Shown: positions 39,702-53,502 of the stretch, one piece after another
Layout: every line of letters starts with the position of its first letter
Position numbering within the stretch: position 1 is the first letter of the stretch
Source of the DNA: Lytechinus pictus
Taxonomy: Eukaryota
Assembly: GCF_037042905.1 (NCBI RefSeq)
Contig: NC_087250.1
Location: 16,122,001 to 16,186,000 of the forward strand
DNA: 64,000 nt
Direction: 5' to 3'
Position numbers and translations under genes: made by a program
The notes under the pieces: model-generated
What the model was told of the DNA's origin: nothing
What the model saw: only the letters and a program-made list of their open reading frames with translations
Database searches by the model: none

Positions 39702-42591
39702 CTGAAAAACGGGGGAGTGTAAAATTAACACCATGACCAAAGTCTATCGCTTTACCTTTAAGTTTAAATCCTGTTCATGCCTCCTTTCTCTTTTGACTAC
39801 CCTGCCTCTCTTATGCAGTAATCTTCAAAGGGGTCTGCACCCTATCTCATAATAATGATAATAGTCAGTTCTTGTATAGCGCATAACACATTATGAATAA
39901 CGTCTCTACGCGCTTCCAAAGGACTTGGATATTATTACCCTGGCTGTAGCTCAAGCAGCTTTTACGCACTCGGCATTTCAAGGAATAAATTCCTGCCAGG
40001 TACCCATTCACCTCACCTGGGTTGAGTGCAGCACAATGTGGATTAATTTCTTGCTGAAGGAAACTACGCCATGGCCGGGATTTGAACCCACGACCCTCTG
40101 TTTCAAAGTCCAGAGACTTAATCCACTGGGCCACAACGCTCCACGATTGGATCTCCAACGCTCCATTTATTGCATCTCAAAGATGATATTAAACCTGGAT
40201 GCACTTTATTCAGAATGAAGAAAATATTCTAAGTGGTATTGAAGGAGAATGTGGAAGCTGTCAAGTGAAGATGCTTCTCCTAATTGATTTGGGAGTTTAT
40301 TGCATTCAGGGACCGATCACCTATATATCTATAACAAAACAAAATATCGACAGGACTAAAAAGCCACTTAAAGGTAAATGCCAGTTGTGGTAACGATATC
40401 AAAATGGGTTCGTACAGAATCCAATGAAATGACCACCAAAGTGTCTGTTTGTATAAATAAAAAATATGTGCCAAAGGATTCTGGAAGAAATTGTGTAATT
40501 GCTGAGAAATTAGCAAATAAGCACAGGATTCGGGTCAAGCATTGGGCCGACATTCAAAGCAATGATAATAAACTGTCCCACGTGCGCTTATCTGTGTTGG
40601 TGATCTTCAGTGTGAACATTTTTCAGCATAGATTTCAAGATTTCACAAAGTTCAGTTTATGTAACTGTACCAGATCTAGATCCTCGATGATATACTGACA
40701 ATTAAGCCTGGTTTTACAGACTTTCTCATGAAATCAGTGTTTACTGCAACTACTGGCATTTCTCTTTAAGAAAAGTTGGCAATAAAAAAGAACAATGCTA
40801 CAGCTAGTCCTAACTACATTGAATGTATTGACCACTGGGTGATATGCATTCTTCAGTAAGTTCTTATTTTGTTGAAACACTAGTCTCCCATGAGCACCAG
40901 GTTATGCAAGATGAAAATGTTAAAAGAGTTTGCCAATTCAAGAAAACCCTTCTAGAAATTTGACAAGGTGATTTTAAAAAGACTTGGTGGAACCAGTAAA
41001 AGTACCATGGCCTTTTACCTCGCCCTTTTGTTTAAACTAAAAAAAAGGGAAATATTTTTTTAAAGTCCTCTACATTTTTTCACTCCTCTGAACTTGATTT
41101 TTTAAATTCAGTTTAATTTTTAGTAAGCACTTTTTTTCATGTCTGCCTCTGAACCCAGCATTTGTTATCGCCTGCCACTTTGATGACCCTTATCTATGAA
41201 TCTTGGTGGGTGTTTCATAAAGCTGTTTGTAAGATATGAATGACTTTATGCATGATCCTGGTGACCCTTTTCTTGTGCTAAATGATATATCCCTGCATAT
41301 TTGATTTAGTACATAAGGCACATGTTTCAGTCATGCATGACAAATTTTTACCTGTAGGAGACTGGTAAAGAGTGTTTCTGAGTAATCCAAACTGGGATGA
41401 CGATGATGACGAGGAATCACCGCTTCCTGATGATGATAATGATGGTACTGTCGAAGCTCCACCTACAGCAGGGTCAAAACCAGTAGGAGAGGTACTGCCA
41501 CCTCCAACATCTGATATGAATAGAAACAATAGAAAGTATGTAATACCAAGTGAGTGAAGAGTATTATTTTTCCTAGCTCAGAATGGAAAAAAACCATCAA
41601 CAATGGTGACACAACATTCATGACATTTGCTCCGATCTTGATATCAAGGAGAGCATAGGGCGAGATTTAGGATTGAAATAAAGTTTTTGGTTCAGAATAA
41701 TGTAAAAATAGGATTAGGGTTTATATAGTTTTGGAGGTTAGATCTAATGTTTTACTTAACATGCAGATTTTCCATGGGAGCAATTGTCGCCGGAGCAAAT
41801 GTCATGGAACCTCAACAATATCTAATGAGTTGGACGTATTCATTATTTATTAAACCCAGTAAGACAGATATGAACACAACCATCAGTGTCTGGTAGGGAT
41901 AAGTGTAAATAGAATTCATGGGACATGTGGGAAAGGAAGGAATGAAACAAGAACAAGACAGCAACAAAAAGAGGATCAGCAAAAGGATGAAGTATAAGAA
42001 TAGGAGGAGGAAGACATGATACAGAATTGAATGGAGAATAGTTATTAGTATAACAGCTAACAGATGGCAAAACAGAAGAAAATGGGGTAAAGAAAGGGAA
42101 ATGAGATATAGGTGGATAACAATAAACAAGATGAGGAGAAAAATAAGTAGAAAAATGAGAACAGAAGAGGAGGAGGAGGAATAAGAAGAATGAGAAGAAT
42201 ATTAATGTGAAAAATAAAACGAAGGGGAGGGAAAGAAAAAAGGGAAACAAAGTAAAAGATAATAAAGAAAACAAGAAGGGGTGAAGGAGAAGAAAAAGAA
42301 AAGAGAACAAGAATGAACATGAGACAAAGGGGTAAGACGAAAATGGGAAGAATTGCATGAAAAAAAAATGAGAAGAACATTCAAGAGAGGGAGAGAGAAG
42401 AGAGAGACGATAGGGCAAGAGACTAGAGAGAACCTATAAAAAACATGCAGTTCACATTTTACATAATAAAAAGAAGAAAACAATGGAGTTGAAAGAGAGA
42501 AAAAAAAAGAGTAGTACTCACTTTCTTGGTTGTTAGATGTTGACATCCAGTGTACGTTGTCACCACTCTTGATGCTATTAAATAAAGCCAT
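38776..42591 (-). CDS. ~384-aa protein with two U1/matrin-type C2H2 zinc fingers (ZNF385/ZNF346/ZMAT-like); coding exons 42522-42591, 41352-41510, 38776-39701
   Basis: ATG in strong context (ataATGg) with an in-frame stop upstream; two phase-1 GT-AG introns join in frame; fingers CKVC..HYTGKQH and CKIC..HYESSKH. Confidence 0.8.
39849..40144 (-). mobile_element. tRNA-derived SINE (full-length)
   Basis: A box TGGCCCAGTGG, B box GGTTCAAATCC, tail GCGCTATACAAGAACTGACTATTA.. Confidence 0.85.
40372..40765. mobile_element. TTAA-flanked (Kolobok-like) MITE
   Basis: TIR AGGTAAATGCCAGT / ACTGGCATTTCTCT; TTAA TSD. Confidence 0.75.
41352..41510 (-). CDS. Zinc-finger gene middle exon (Gly/Ser-rich)
   Basis: atcag acceptor, GTAAAA donor, 159 nt, phase 1-1, open frame. 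Confidence 0.75.
41605..41811. mobile_element. MITE with 8-bp TSD
   Basis: TSD TCAACAAT on both sides; GG..CC termini; sibling at 705-917. Confidence 0.8.
42522..42591 (-). CDS. Zinc-finger gene first coding exon (MALFNSIKSGDNVHWMSTSNNQE); exon starts at 42627
   Basis: tgtag acceptor, GTGAGT donor, phase 1 matches the next exon. Confidence 0.7.
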
Positions 42592-43814
42592 TATGGTCGG
42601 AGATAAGAATCACACCCTCTCAGAATCCTACAAGAGAATTAGTGGTGCTCAAAAGTTAGTGAACCATAATATTGACATTTTTAAAGTATTCAAGTTCGGC
42701 CATGTTTCAGATATAATTTTAATTATGAAGTCAGGTGATGAAATAAAGTTTGTTTCTCTAGGCTCGCAGAACATTATAGTGTTGTTGTTGTCTATATTCA
42801 AGACTCAGTATGAATTATGTTACCGTCAGGCTTGAAACTACAAACAAATGTAAAAAAAAGTACGCCTTTATTTTTTCTCTAATAGCTATTAGGGATCTTT
42901 TCTACATCGAGGTTTCTCCATTAATAATTCCCAAACTTATTATTTCAGTTAGATTTCTCACTTAGAAAAAAATATATATTGTGTTGTTTGAGAATAGCAA
43001 TCCCATAGTTCCATACTGCTATATCAAAGGGGAGCAATATTAAATAGGTGACATATGTTAGGCTTGCAAGCAAATATTTTTTTGGGGATGTCAGTCTGTT
43101 GAAACTTGCAATTTTTGCAGTGGCCGTTTCAATTTTCATATTAAATTTTCAATAAAATTAATTGACTGTAACAGGTTTACAAACACTTATTGTGCTATTT
43201 GTTATTCTTCTAAAAAGAAGACTTATCTATATATTCCATAATAATACCCATGGAAAGTATTTCTTTAAAGAAAATCTAATTCACAGATGTTTATCCTAAA
43301 GTAATGCCCTTTATACTATGTACATGAATATAAGTTTTCTGTTATGTTTATGGTCAATAAATGATAATTAAAATTCAATCCAATTAGATTATCCCATTTC
43401 AAAAACAATGTAAAAATCATACAGTATATATAAGACTACATATTAACAGTAAGCGTAAAATAATAAATGGCTTATTTAAATAACCCCTATGTGAAATTCA
43501 ATACAATTAGTAGCATGAAAAAAATGAAATTACATAAATCATTAGAGCGGAATAAAAATACTTGTGGCAAGAAAAACAGGAAAATTTGATTTTAAGAGAT
43601 AGTATCCAAGCTGGACCATATTTTTCTAATAATAATAACAACATTAATAATAACAACATCAATGATTAACAACATCAATTAATAATGATAATAATGCTAA
43701 TGATAATAATTTAGAATAGGTCTTTTGCTTCACCATGTAAGCACCATGGGTTCACAAACAACTTGCAAATATATAAACTTTACAGGATTAAATTAATGTA
43801 GGATATAGATGTAC

Positions 43815-44150
43815 CTTTGCTAGTATTCCTGGCAACAGTACAGTGGATAGAACTGATCCGGGCAACGGCCGCTAAACTGCTGTGGGGAAGTCCGGTGTGC
43901 TGCGTACGCAGAACTCGTTCTTGTATTTGTAATAAGCAGACCGTATTGAATTGGGCCAGGGACTCCGGAGTCTGGAATTGACTTCAAAAGCCTCGAACTC
44001 ATTCACAGAAGTAGTAATGAAAATGTTTCTTCTCCTTAATTTTTCTACAATGAAGTCTGCTTCCTTCAATCTTGAAATTCTCACAGTCTTCGGCAAGTAC
44101 CCGTTGTATATTTAGGCGTGTACATATGTTTTGCTTTTTTATTTGCTGTA
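43815..44150 (-). other. Probable non-coding first exon of the zinc-finger gene, containing a 60-codon uORF (44002-43820)
   Basis: GC/CpG-richer non-repeat block ending in an AAG|GTACAT donor; 5' limit approximate. Confidence 0.5.
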
Positions 44151-44172
44151 CGGAGTTGTAAGCGCAATTTCA

Positions 44173-44216
44173 CCCAGACTGTTTACAATCTGGGCGGACG
44201 CGTCTGGGGATTCCCC
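44173..44216. promoter_or_regulatory. Putative promoter cluster: kappaB site GGGGATTCCCC (44206-44216), GC box GGGCGG (44192-44197), forkhead core TGTTTAC (44180-44186)
   Basis: Exact consensus matches clustered just upstream of the putative first exon. Confidence 0.5.
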
Positions 44217-45017
44217 GAGTGCTAGTCTAAATACAGTCGCGGAAAACTATTGCGCTTTTTTATTCGTCATTGAGAAACGTAATGCTTTAATTTGAACTTA
44301 TAGTATTAGTCTGAAAACGTATATAGCCTAATTATCCTACACCGCCTCAAACACGCTCTTTATAATCATGCACACACAAAAGCACCCCCATGCAACCTAG
44401 CTCCTTCCCTCTGTTTTCTTTTTTCTTCTCTTAATTTCTTTCACTCCCGAACCCCCACACAGAGTGACTTGAGGACAACTACATAATTTTTACATAATGG
44501 ACAATGTGAAAACACGATTTCCATGCACATTATAAGTGCCACGGACCTACTGCGACACAGTATATTTTCCCGGTTTATTTCCAATTGGTCCAATTAAAAT
44601 TTGTCTTATTGCCAAATCGTCTACTATCATTTGATCTATCATCAATTCGTCCACTATCCACATGGTCGAATAGCCATTTCGTCCACTCACCACTTCGTCT
44701 AAGAACCAGTTTATTTATTAGTCCATAAACGTACATTTGGTCTAATTGAATCAGCGTTAAATGGCCAAAATCAATTAAAATAAAATGGATATTAGACCGA
44801 CTGGTTATTAGATGAAATGGTCATAGACGACCTGGTGATATTAGACGAAGTGATTATTGGACCAAATGGTTATTGCACCAAATGGTTGATAGACGGAATG
44901 GCACTAGACTAAAAGAAAGTAGACCATGTGATGAGTGGACAAGTAATAGACGAATCGGCATGGTAAACAATTTCCCCCTGGGATTGCCCCGTTCCTCCTA
45001 GAAACGATTTTCATTAA

Positions 45018-45601
45018 AGGAGAATGAAACTCTTGGAGCAAGTTAGCTTTTGTGAAAGCAGAAAAATCAAAGAATAAGATCAACAAAAGTTTGAGTAAAA
45101 TAGGACTAGCAATAGAATAGTTATGAGCATTTGAATGTCGAGATCACTAATGCTATGAAGATCCTCATATTGGCAATGCGACCAAGATCTATGATGTCAC
45201 AGATGAACAGCTCTCCCCTTTTGGACACTGAAAATATACCCCAAAACATCTCTTTTTGCTCATTCTAATCATATGACAAACGATTCATCAATGATATAAT
45301 GTTGTGAAACCTCTGTACTTGTCCTCTCATAAAGAGAACACCTCACCTTGTGATAGACTCTATAAAAGTGAGAATATAAGTGAAATAAGTACTAAAGTAA
45401 TGAGGGAGTTGTACGTGTGTGACATCACAGATCTTGGTCGCATTGCCAATTGGAGGATCTATATGGCATTAGTGATCTCAATATTCAAATGCTAATAACT
45501 TTCTTATTATTCATTCAATCTTCCTCAAACTTTCAACAATATGTTTCTTTGATTTTTCTCTTTGATATGGATTCAGCTGGTTTCAAGGGTTTCATTCTCC
45601 T
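45018..45601. mobile_element. TTAA-flanked (Kolobok-like) MITE; near-identical copy at 53563-54145
   Basis: TIR AGGAGAATGAAAC; TTAA TSD. Confidence 0.88.
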
Positions 45602-45972
45602 TTAACATTAAAATGAATATCCTAATTTGAGTCAAAGTAGTTCATATCCAATAAACACTAGTGAAGAATTCTGATATGATTATAAGAAACTGTGTTTTAT
45701 TCATCATCAACAGCAGATTAACGCAGAGATATGAATTATATAGTTTGAGTCAAATAATGCATTGGACAACATGAAAAAAGTAAATAGATTGAGTAAATAC
45801 TTTCATCAGTTGGTTCGCTATTAATTGTGTGTTAATTTATCACTTAATATTTAAACCAGATCATAATGTCTAAACATAAAACTAAATCTTAGGCCTAAGA
45901 CAAGAAGACAAGTCTATAGTTTGAAAGTATACACAGTACGACAATTATACGAGATGACTTGCAACATGTTAA

Positions 45973-46570
45973 AAGTCAAGTCCACCCCAGAAAATTGTTG
46001 ATTTGAATCGATAGAGAAAAATGAAACAAACATAACGCTACAAATTTCATCGAAATCGAATGTAAAATAAGAAAGTTATGATATTTTAAAGTTTCGCTTA
46101 TTTTTCACAAAACAGTTAAATGCACAATTCAATGATATGCAAATGAGAGATTCGATGATGTCCATCACTCACTATTTCTTTTGTTTTTTATTGTTTGAAT
46201 ATATTTCAATTTTTACAGATTTGACAAGAAGGACCAACCTAACTTAACCATAAACTGTTAAAATAATGGTAATTCCAAATGTTCAGGGAGAAATAAAACT
46301 TTGTTTCACTTGACAAGGAGGAGAAAATTAAAATATTTCATATTTCATATAATAAAATGCAAAAGAAATAGTGAGTGGGTGACGTCATCAGTCTGCCAAT
46401 TTCCATACCTACCAGGATGTGCATATAACTGTTTTGTGAAATTAAGCGAATCTTTTAAATGTCATAACTTTCTTATTTTACACCCGATGTTGATGAAATT
46501 TTCAGTGTTATGCTTTTTGGATTTTTCTCATTTTATTCAAATCAACTTTTTGTTTGGGTGGACTTGTCCT
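45973..46570. mobile_element. TTAA-flanked MITE (family of 11357-11893)
   Basis: TTAA TSD, TIRs, colinear with the 11357 copy. Confidence 0.8.
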
Positions 46571-47012
46571 TTAACCATGTTAACTTTTTTAAGAGAGCGC
46601 TTTCAATGATGTTCGTGTATGATTTGCACTGATATGTAAATAGGCAGATGAATCAAAGGTTTTATTGAGTAAAAATCACAAAAACAGGCATGTCAGTTTT
46701 AAAAACTAAATTGAACCATGAAGTTACATTAAAGGTAGAATACAATTGACAGTATATTAATTATTAGAAAATATGAATTTGAAAAAGATAGGAAACATTC
46801 ACAAGCCAGGACACACTCATTATTAACATTCATACTCACGCACACCCTCACACACATCATTCATCCCGCGCCCATACACACACACGCCAACACTCACATA
46901 TTTCCACGGGGGTGCATGACACCGAATCAATATTATTAGTACAGTTGTTATACACTGAGATGGGGAAGGGGGGTGGGCGATAGTTCTTTATAAAAAAAGC
47001 AGAACATGGCTG

Positions 47013-47750
47013 GAATTCAATTCACTTCAAATAAAACATTTATTTTCTTCCATTTCATCACATATTTTTCTTGTAAACATAAGTTCATACATAAATCAAT
47101 TTGTTATGAAAAAATATAAATATATACATGTTGGGTTTAAGGAAGAAGGCGTATACCCTAAAAGCTGAGGCTTGTGGCGGGATACGCCTATAGACATAAA
47201 TACAATACAATAAGCAATACAAATGGAAGGGCAGAGAAAAGAAGAAAAGGAAAGGGAACAAGAGAGGGAGACGTGAGCGGGGAGGCGGGCATGAATTACA
47301 AAATAAAATAGAATGCTCAACAAAATATCAGTGGGGGGGGGGGGGGGGCAAAATATAAATGCCGCAACAACAATTGTCCATGGTTCGTGTTATCATGTTC
47401 AAAGTCAAAAGGAAACGTAAGATGGGAAATATTTATATATAAAACGACAGAAGCAATTTTTTTTTATTCTTAAAGCTGGTTGTCGAGAGAGATTTTTTTA
47501 TGTAATCCGGAATTTCGTTCCATATTTTGGGGCCAGTATAACGAATGTTATGTTGGAAGATTATTTTTCTATGTTTGGGAATGAATGTTTGATTATTTGA
47601 GCGGGTATCAAAATGATGTATGTTGGAAACATATGTAAATGAATCACGAAATTCTTGTGGAATTTGGGAATTTAAACACCTGTAGAGAAAATGACATTGT
47701 TGAAGTTTGTTCATGTCTTCTAATTTCAACAATTTTAGGGAATGAAATAA
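47013..47750 (-). mobile_element. 5'-truncated CR1/L2-clade LINE (ORF2 C-terminus and 3' UTR)
   Basis: LLKLEDMNKLQ...HHFDTRS...IRYTGPKIWNEIP, typical of the post-RT region; AATAAA and simple-repeat tail. Confidence 0.75.
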
Positions 47751-48519
47751 ATGGAATAATAACTAAATGCACTGCGTATGATGAAAAGTATCGGCATATT
47801 TAACAAACTAATGAAGGATGGGTGAGGAGGCTCATGAATAATTATACAGATAATAAACAACTATATAAACAGTTGAAACACAAACAAAGAAAAATAGGAA
47901 TCCCAGAAATACTATACACGTTAAAATGTGGATCTAAAATATACATCACAAATAAAGTCATGGTAATAAGACATGAATTTTCAATTTGTAGGCCCCCATC
48001 ATCATGAACATGTATACATTAATTTTATTCCGAGTTCAACACATTGTCATGAAGGGCACTGGACTTTTTTTGAATCGGTCAGTGCGACACTTAGCTTCTT
48101 TAAACCGTTTCGCTTGTCTCTATCAGCAAATCAAATTCAATGATTTCAGTACTTAATAACCTAAGTAGGACATCGATTCATGAAACACTCGCTTAATTAC
48201 CTGTTCAAAACTGCACTTGTAATTTAAAGTATAATTAATCTTAAAACAGTACTTACGCAAGTATATATATATTTTAAAGCTAAATGTAAATCATAATAAG
48301 CACAATAAAATTGATGAAACAGACTATTATTTATCAGTATACATCTATCTTCGAGCAGTTCTCCCTGGGAGAGAACCGTGATTTGCTACAAAATAAAACA
48401 AATGTGAAAAGGAAATACAAATAAGAGTAGTGAATTTAAATAATACATGGATCGAGCCTGCGAAAAATCAATTTAACAATTAGTAATATTTTGTAAAAAA
48501 CAGTTATGTGCACTTTGTC

Positions 48520-48878
48520 AGGAACCTTGATTAATGATAAAAATCAGAGTAATCAAGTATTACTAGATATATATATATTGCCTGATATTCAGGTTACACG
48601 ACCAGGGTCAAACTACATTTAAGGTCAGTGAACTTTTGCCATGTTGGGGGAATCGACATATAGAAATCATAACGATGTTAACCAAGGTTAGTTTGTGAAA
48701 TATCATCATAACTTTGACAGTACATAAGAGAAATCAAGTATCAGTGAAAATCTTGCGTGAGTTTCAGGTGACATAAACATGGCCAAAGTTCATTTAACTT
48801 TGGCCATTTTGGGGGTTGTTGAATTGCCATCGTAGAAACTTCATGGACATATTATAGTTTCTGAAAGGTGGACATGAG
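48520..48878 (+). mobile_element. Fragment of the HINE-like family (952-1834)
   Basis: Internal unit sequences match. Confidence 0.6.
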
Positions 48879-51098
48879 CATGGGCGTCAATCGGTGGGGG
48901 ACGGGGGGGAAGTGTCCCCCCCATGATTTTTTCAGGGGGGACACAATATCAAATGTCCCCCCATGTTTTTGTCACAAAAGAAGTGTGACCATCTGGGGGG
49001 GAATATGTGCATACCTTCTCAAGGAAATGAGAGTTGATTCCCCTTAAAAAAAAAAAAAAAAAAAAAAAAACTTTCATGTAACTTTTCGATGCAATTAACG
49101 GTGGATACATTCGCATTCAAAAGCAGCGCAGCTAGCCGTCTATGAGCCGTTCTTGTACGTATATACGACGCCGGGGTACACGCGAGCACCCACATGGAGA
49201 CCCGCACGTGCGTGGTGGATTTTTTTCATGTGGGTATGCACGGCATGACAGCATAGGCGGATCCAGGGGGGCCCGAGAGGCCCGCCCCCCCACCTATTGG
49301 CGGAGCAAAAAAAAGAAAAAAAGGGAAAGAAAGTAAAAAAGAGAAGAAGAAGGGAAAAGAGAGGAGAAAAAGGGAAACATAAAAGGAGAAAGACGAGTTA
49401 ACATGAAAAGGGGAAGACTTGGAAAGTAATGATAACAAATCTTTCATGCCGGGATATAAAATTTTTGCTCGCGCTTCGCGCTCGCATCGCCTTTTAGGTG
49501 ATTTACATATCTTGCTCAATATGGAGCTTAAATATCAAATCTTAAAGTCAATATACAAAACATATTTCAGCTCGAAAATTTAACTTTCCTTATTTTGTTT
49601 GATTTGCAAATTTGATTTTTAAAAAGTGTTCTGTAAAAATGTTTGTTTTATGGTCTGAATATTAACATTTTCTGCTTGCGCTGCGCGCTCGCAAAATTGA
49701 TTTGTCAGGTACCTATTATTTTCGTGTATTCCATAAAGTTATCAAAATATCCCTATTCAGGTCAGATTGTGAAAACGTATCAGCTAGCGATGCATGCTCG
49801 CATTTTGATTGGTGAGTTATGTTTATCTCAATATTAATTCTAAAACAAACTACTTAAAATCCCCATTTGATCACATGCAGTTTATCAGAAATTTCGGCTC
49901 GCGATTTCCGCTCGCATTGATTGTTGAAATATATCAACTCATGCATCTCATTCATAATTACAAAAATGCTTAAATGTCCAGTTTTCAGGCCATAATATAA
50001 AGAGATTTCGCGCTCTCATGCTAGGAAGAGAAATAGGAAGATAGTCATCATTTTCATATGATGACATATAATGTCCCGGTCCTATGTCAAAACTCAAAGT
50101 AATAATAATAAAACTTATCAGCTCTTTTTAACTGTGATCCATATCCACCTCACAATTTTCCCACAAAGTGCTTGAAAAACAGAGCTTAAATTGACCCTTT
50201 TCAGAGCGGAATATCATATATTTTTAGCTCGCGCTTTGCGCTCGCTTTATTGATTTTCATGATAAGAAATGTATTTAAATTACCCTAATTCTACATGTTC
50301 TAGGTCGAAATCTGAAACACGCGTTTATTTAGATACGCAGCTTGTTCTCTATTTAAATCATTATCCAGTTTCAGATCACAATATAAAAAATTGTCTGCTC
50401 GCGCTTTGTGCTCGCATTATTAATGTAGGATTACACATTTTCATGATTTACAAATCATGAATAGAGTGTCCAGAATTTTCCCGCTCGCTTCGCGCTCGCA
50501 TCAATTGTTTAGTTATATAATTATCCTTTTCACGATTACAAAAAGTGCTTAGAATGTCCATTCATTTTCAGCTCGCGCTTCGCATTATTTGATAGTTGAA
50601 ATATGTAACGTCTTCATGGCGAACAAGCTGCCGGTAACAGATCCTTTTTTATCAGATGAAAACGTATATTAAAAATTTCTGCTCGCGCTTCGCGCTCGCA
50701 GCAATTATTTAGTTAGATACACATCTCGTTTAGGATCATAAACATTGCCCAAAATGTTTGAATTTTAAAACAAAATACATAAAATAAACAAAAAGCTTGC
50801 ACTTTTAAAATAAGGCTTATGATATTATATATCATATATATAAATATATTACCCCTTCAAAGAAACAAACAAAAATTAACTTCGAGCGGCCGATCGGGGG
50901 AAATGTGGGTGAATAAAAATTCCGCCCCCCCCCCCTATTGGCGAAGGCTGGATCCGCCCCTGTGACATACGGTACATGTAGCAACGGTGGAGTATGACGA
51001 AAGTGTAATGGATCTGGAAAGTATATACCTATAAAAGTGACATGCTTGCATGTTGCTATTGTGTCCCCCCCATGCTCAAGTTTGGATTGACGCCCATG
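48879..51098. mobile_element. Non-autonomous DNA transposon (CATGGGCGTCAATC TIR) with a nested element at 49252-50962
   Basis: TIR pair present; no TSD found; inner element CATAGGCGGATCC / GGATCCGCCCCTG. Confidence 0.7.
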
Positions 51099-51984
51099 GC
51101 TGTAACTGACACCTCAACGACATCTTTGAGTTCTTCAACTTCTTCGTCGACCTCATATGCCAGCAAGTTAACACCGTCACCATCTACCTTGAACAGGGAT
51201 CGTCTTCATCATAGAGCAATAATAGTCAAGCTCACCTCGTATCGTGCTCGCCAAACCATTCTCCTTTCTCGACGGAAGCTGAAAGCTGAATTCAACGATG
51301 GTTTCTTGTCAATAAACTTTTTATTAATTTCGAAAAAACAAATTTTGTTATTTTTAAAACACACAATAAACATATTGATAACAGTGCAATACGAATAACA
51401 ATTGCCAATAAAGCAATAAAGCAGGTTAATCAAGTAAAATTCTTAGGAGTAATTCTTGATGAAAATATGACATGGAAATATCATATATCATTTGTAAAAA
51501 GATTTCTAGAGTAATTGGAGCATTGAACAGAGTAAAAAAAAATTTACCATTACGCATCCTTGTAAATATATATAATCTTGCCACATTTGAATTATTGTCT
51601 GATTATCTGGGGCGGCTGTGCCTCATATTTATTCCAAAGGATATATGTGATTAAAAAACGTGCAATAAGGGTAATAACAAATTCATTTTTTAGAGCTCAT
51701 ACACAGATTTTATTTTTTAAGCTAAAAATTTTAAAGCTAAATGAACTTTATGAATCGCAAATTATTTCATTTATGTACAAATATTTCAACTTGAATTCTA
51801 CTTTTCCATCTAGTTTTAATACTTATTTTATATTTAATAGCAGTATAAATAATTATGTAACGAGAAATTCAAACAAATTGAATATACCGTTCTTTCGTTA
51901 TACGCTTTCTAAATCTACAATTCGTTATAAAGGACCAAACCTGTGGAATAATTTACCCGATACTTTAAAATTATATGTTACATT

Positions 51985-53502
51985 CACTGGCGTAAATCCC
52001 GGGGGGGATGGGGGGGGGGGATATATCCCCCCCACTTTTCGAGGAGGGGGGGATGGCCTGTACAAACATCCCCCCCCCCCACTTTTTACGAAAGAAATGA
52101 AAAAAAATCACAAGAGATAATTGTTTTATTGGTGAAAATTCTTCCTAAAATACCGCTTAACAAATAAAACAATATTATTGAATATGATAAAATGCAAATA
52201 AAGAGCCAGTTCACCATTTCCAAACGAAATACTTATGTCCTTATTATAACATTGAAGAGAAACCCCCGTTTCTTCCAATTCATCAATGTTGGGGTCTTTG
52301 GGAAGGGATTAAGATGGAATGTCAACAAATTTTTAATGTAATCTCTAATAAAACCATTAAACCATCATGGGGTAAAAACGATACTAATATTGGAGGGGTA
52401 TTTGCCATATGGACATACAGTGGCGTAACTACGGGGGGCATGGGGGGCACATTCCCCCCCCCCCCATCGGCTGACCAAAAAAAAAAAACGGGGAAAGGGG
52501 AAAAGGAGAAAAGAGGGAGAAAGGAAGAGAAACGTAGTGGGAAAGAAGAAAATATTATTCATTATAATGTTATATTATAATTATATTATAATTATGTTAT
52601 GTTACATTACATAAGAAACATATTTATCATAACTTTATGAAACATAATTTGCCCAGGGCCTACGTCTTCATTGTTCCTGGTGCTCGCATGTCTGTTTAAC
52701 GTGATGTATAATCCTGTTGTAATAAAACATCCCGTTTTCAAGTCAATATAAACCAAATATATTTCCTAGCATTTGAGTTATCATTGTTTTATTTAGTGAT
52801 ATATGCTTCTTTTTCACGACTCAAAAACTGATTGCCCCATGTTAAGGTCTTTGTATATATGAAACATTTCCTGTCCGTGGTAACGTTCGCATTAGTGGAT
52901 TGGTGAGATATGTCTGCTTTTCATAAATTCCTAAAATCAGTCCTTAAAATGTCCCTTCTGATCTGTATATCAAAAATTTTCAGCTCGCGCTTCGCGCTCG
53001 CATCATTTGGTTAATGAAATACGTATGGTCCTAGTTAATTCTTACAAAAAAACCTTAGAATGCCCCACTTCAGGTCTGAATTATCTAAATTTTCAGCTCG
53101 CACTTCGCGCTCGCATTGTTTAGCGAGACAGGTACCTATCATGATTACACAAATTTGATTATAATGTCCCTTTTTAGGTGTGAATATAAAAAAATTTCAG
53201 CTCGCGCTTCGCGCTCGCATTATTTGATCGGTGAGATACATATCGGTTTAATGACATTGTCCTTAAAATGTCTCTATTAGGTCAGTATAACTGGCAACTG
53301 AGCGCGCTTCGCGCGCTCACTAGCGCACTCACTCAGTGATTCAAAATATTTGCTGGTGCCCCCCCCCCCAATGCCATGACCCACGGTACGCCACTGTGGA
53401 CATGTCAATGGCAATTCCTTGCATATCTAAAACATGATTGCAAAAAAATGCCAAAATATTTCAGTCATCCCCCCCACCCATCAACACGGATTTACGCCAG
53501 TG
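51985..53502. mobile_element. hAT-like non-autonomous element with a nested element at 52418-53396
   Basis: TIR CACTGGCGTAAATCC, 8-bp TSD GTTACATT; inner element CAGTGGCGTA with TSD TGGACATA/TGGACATG. Confidence 0.85.

Noticed and set aside
40060..40144. tRNA gene (also ~2235-2309, 20645-20724, 5905-5930)
   Set aside because: A/B boxes run into SINE body sequence or are isolated remnants; no convincing cloverleaf.
43872..44096. 74-aa minus-strand ORF as first coding exon of the zinc-finger gene
   Set aside because: Non-ATG start, stop before the donor, and an in-frame stop precedes the ATG at 42591.
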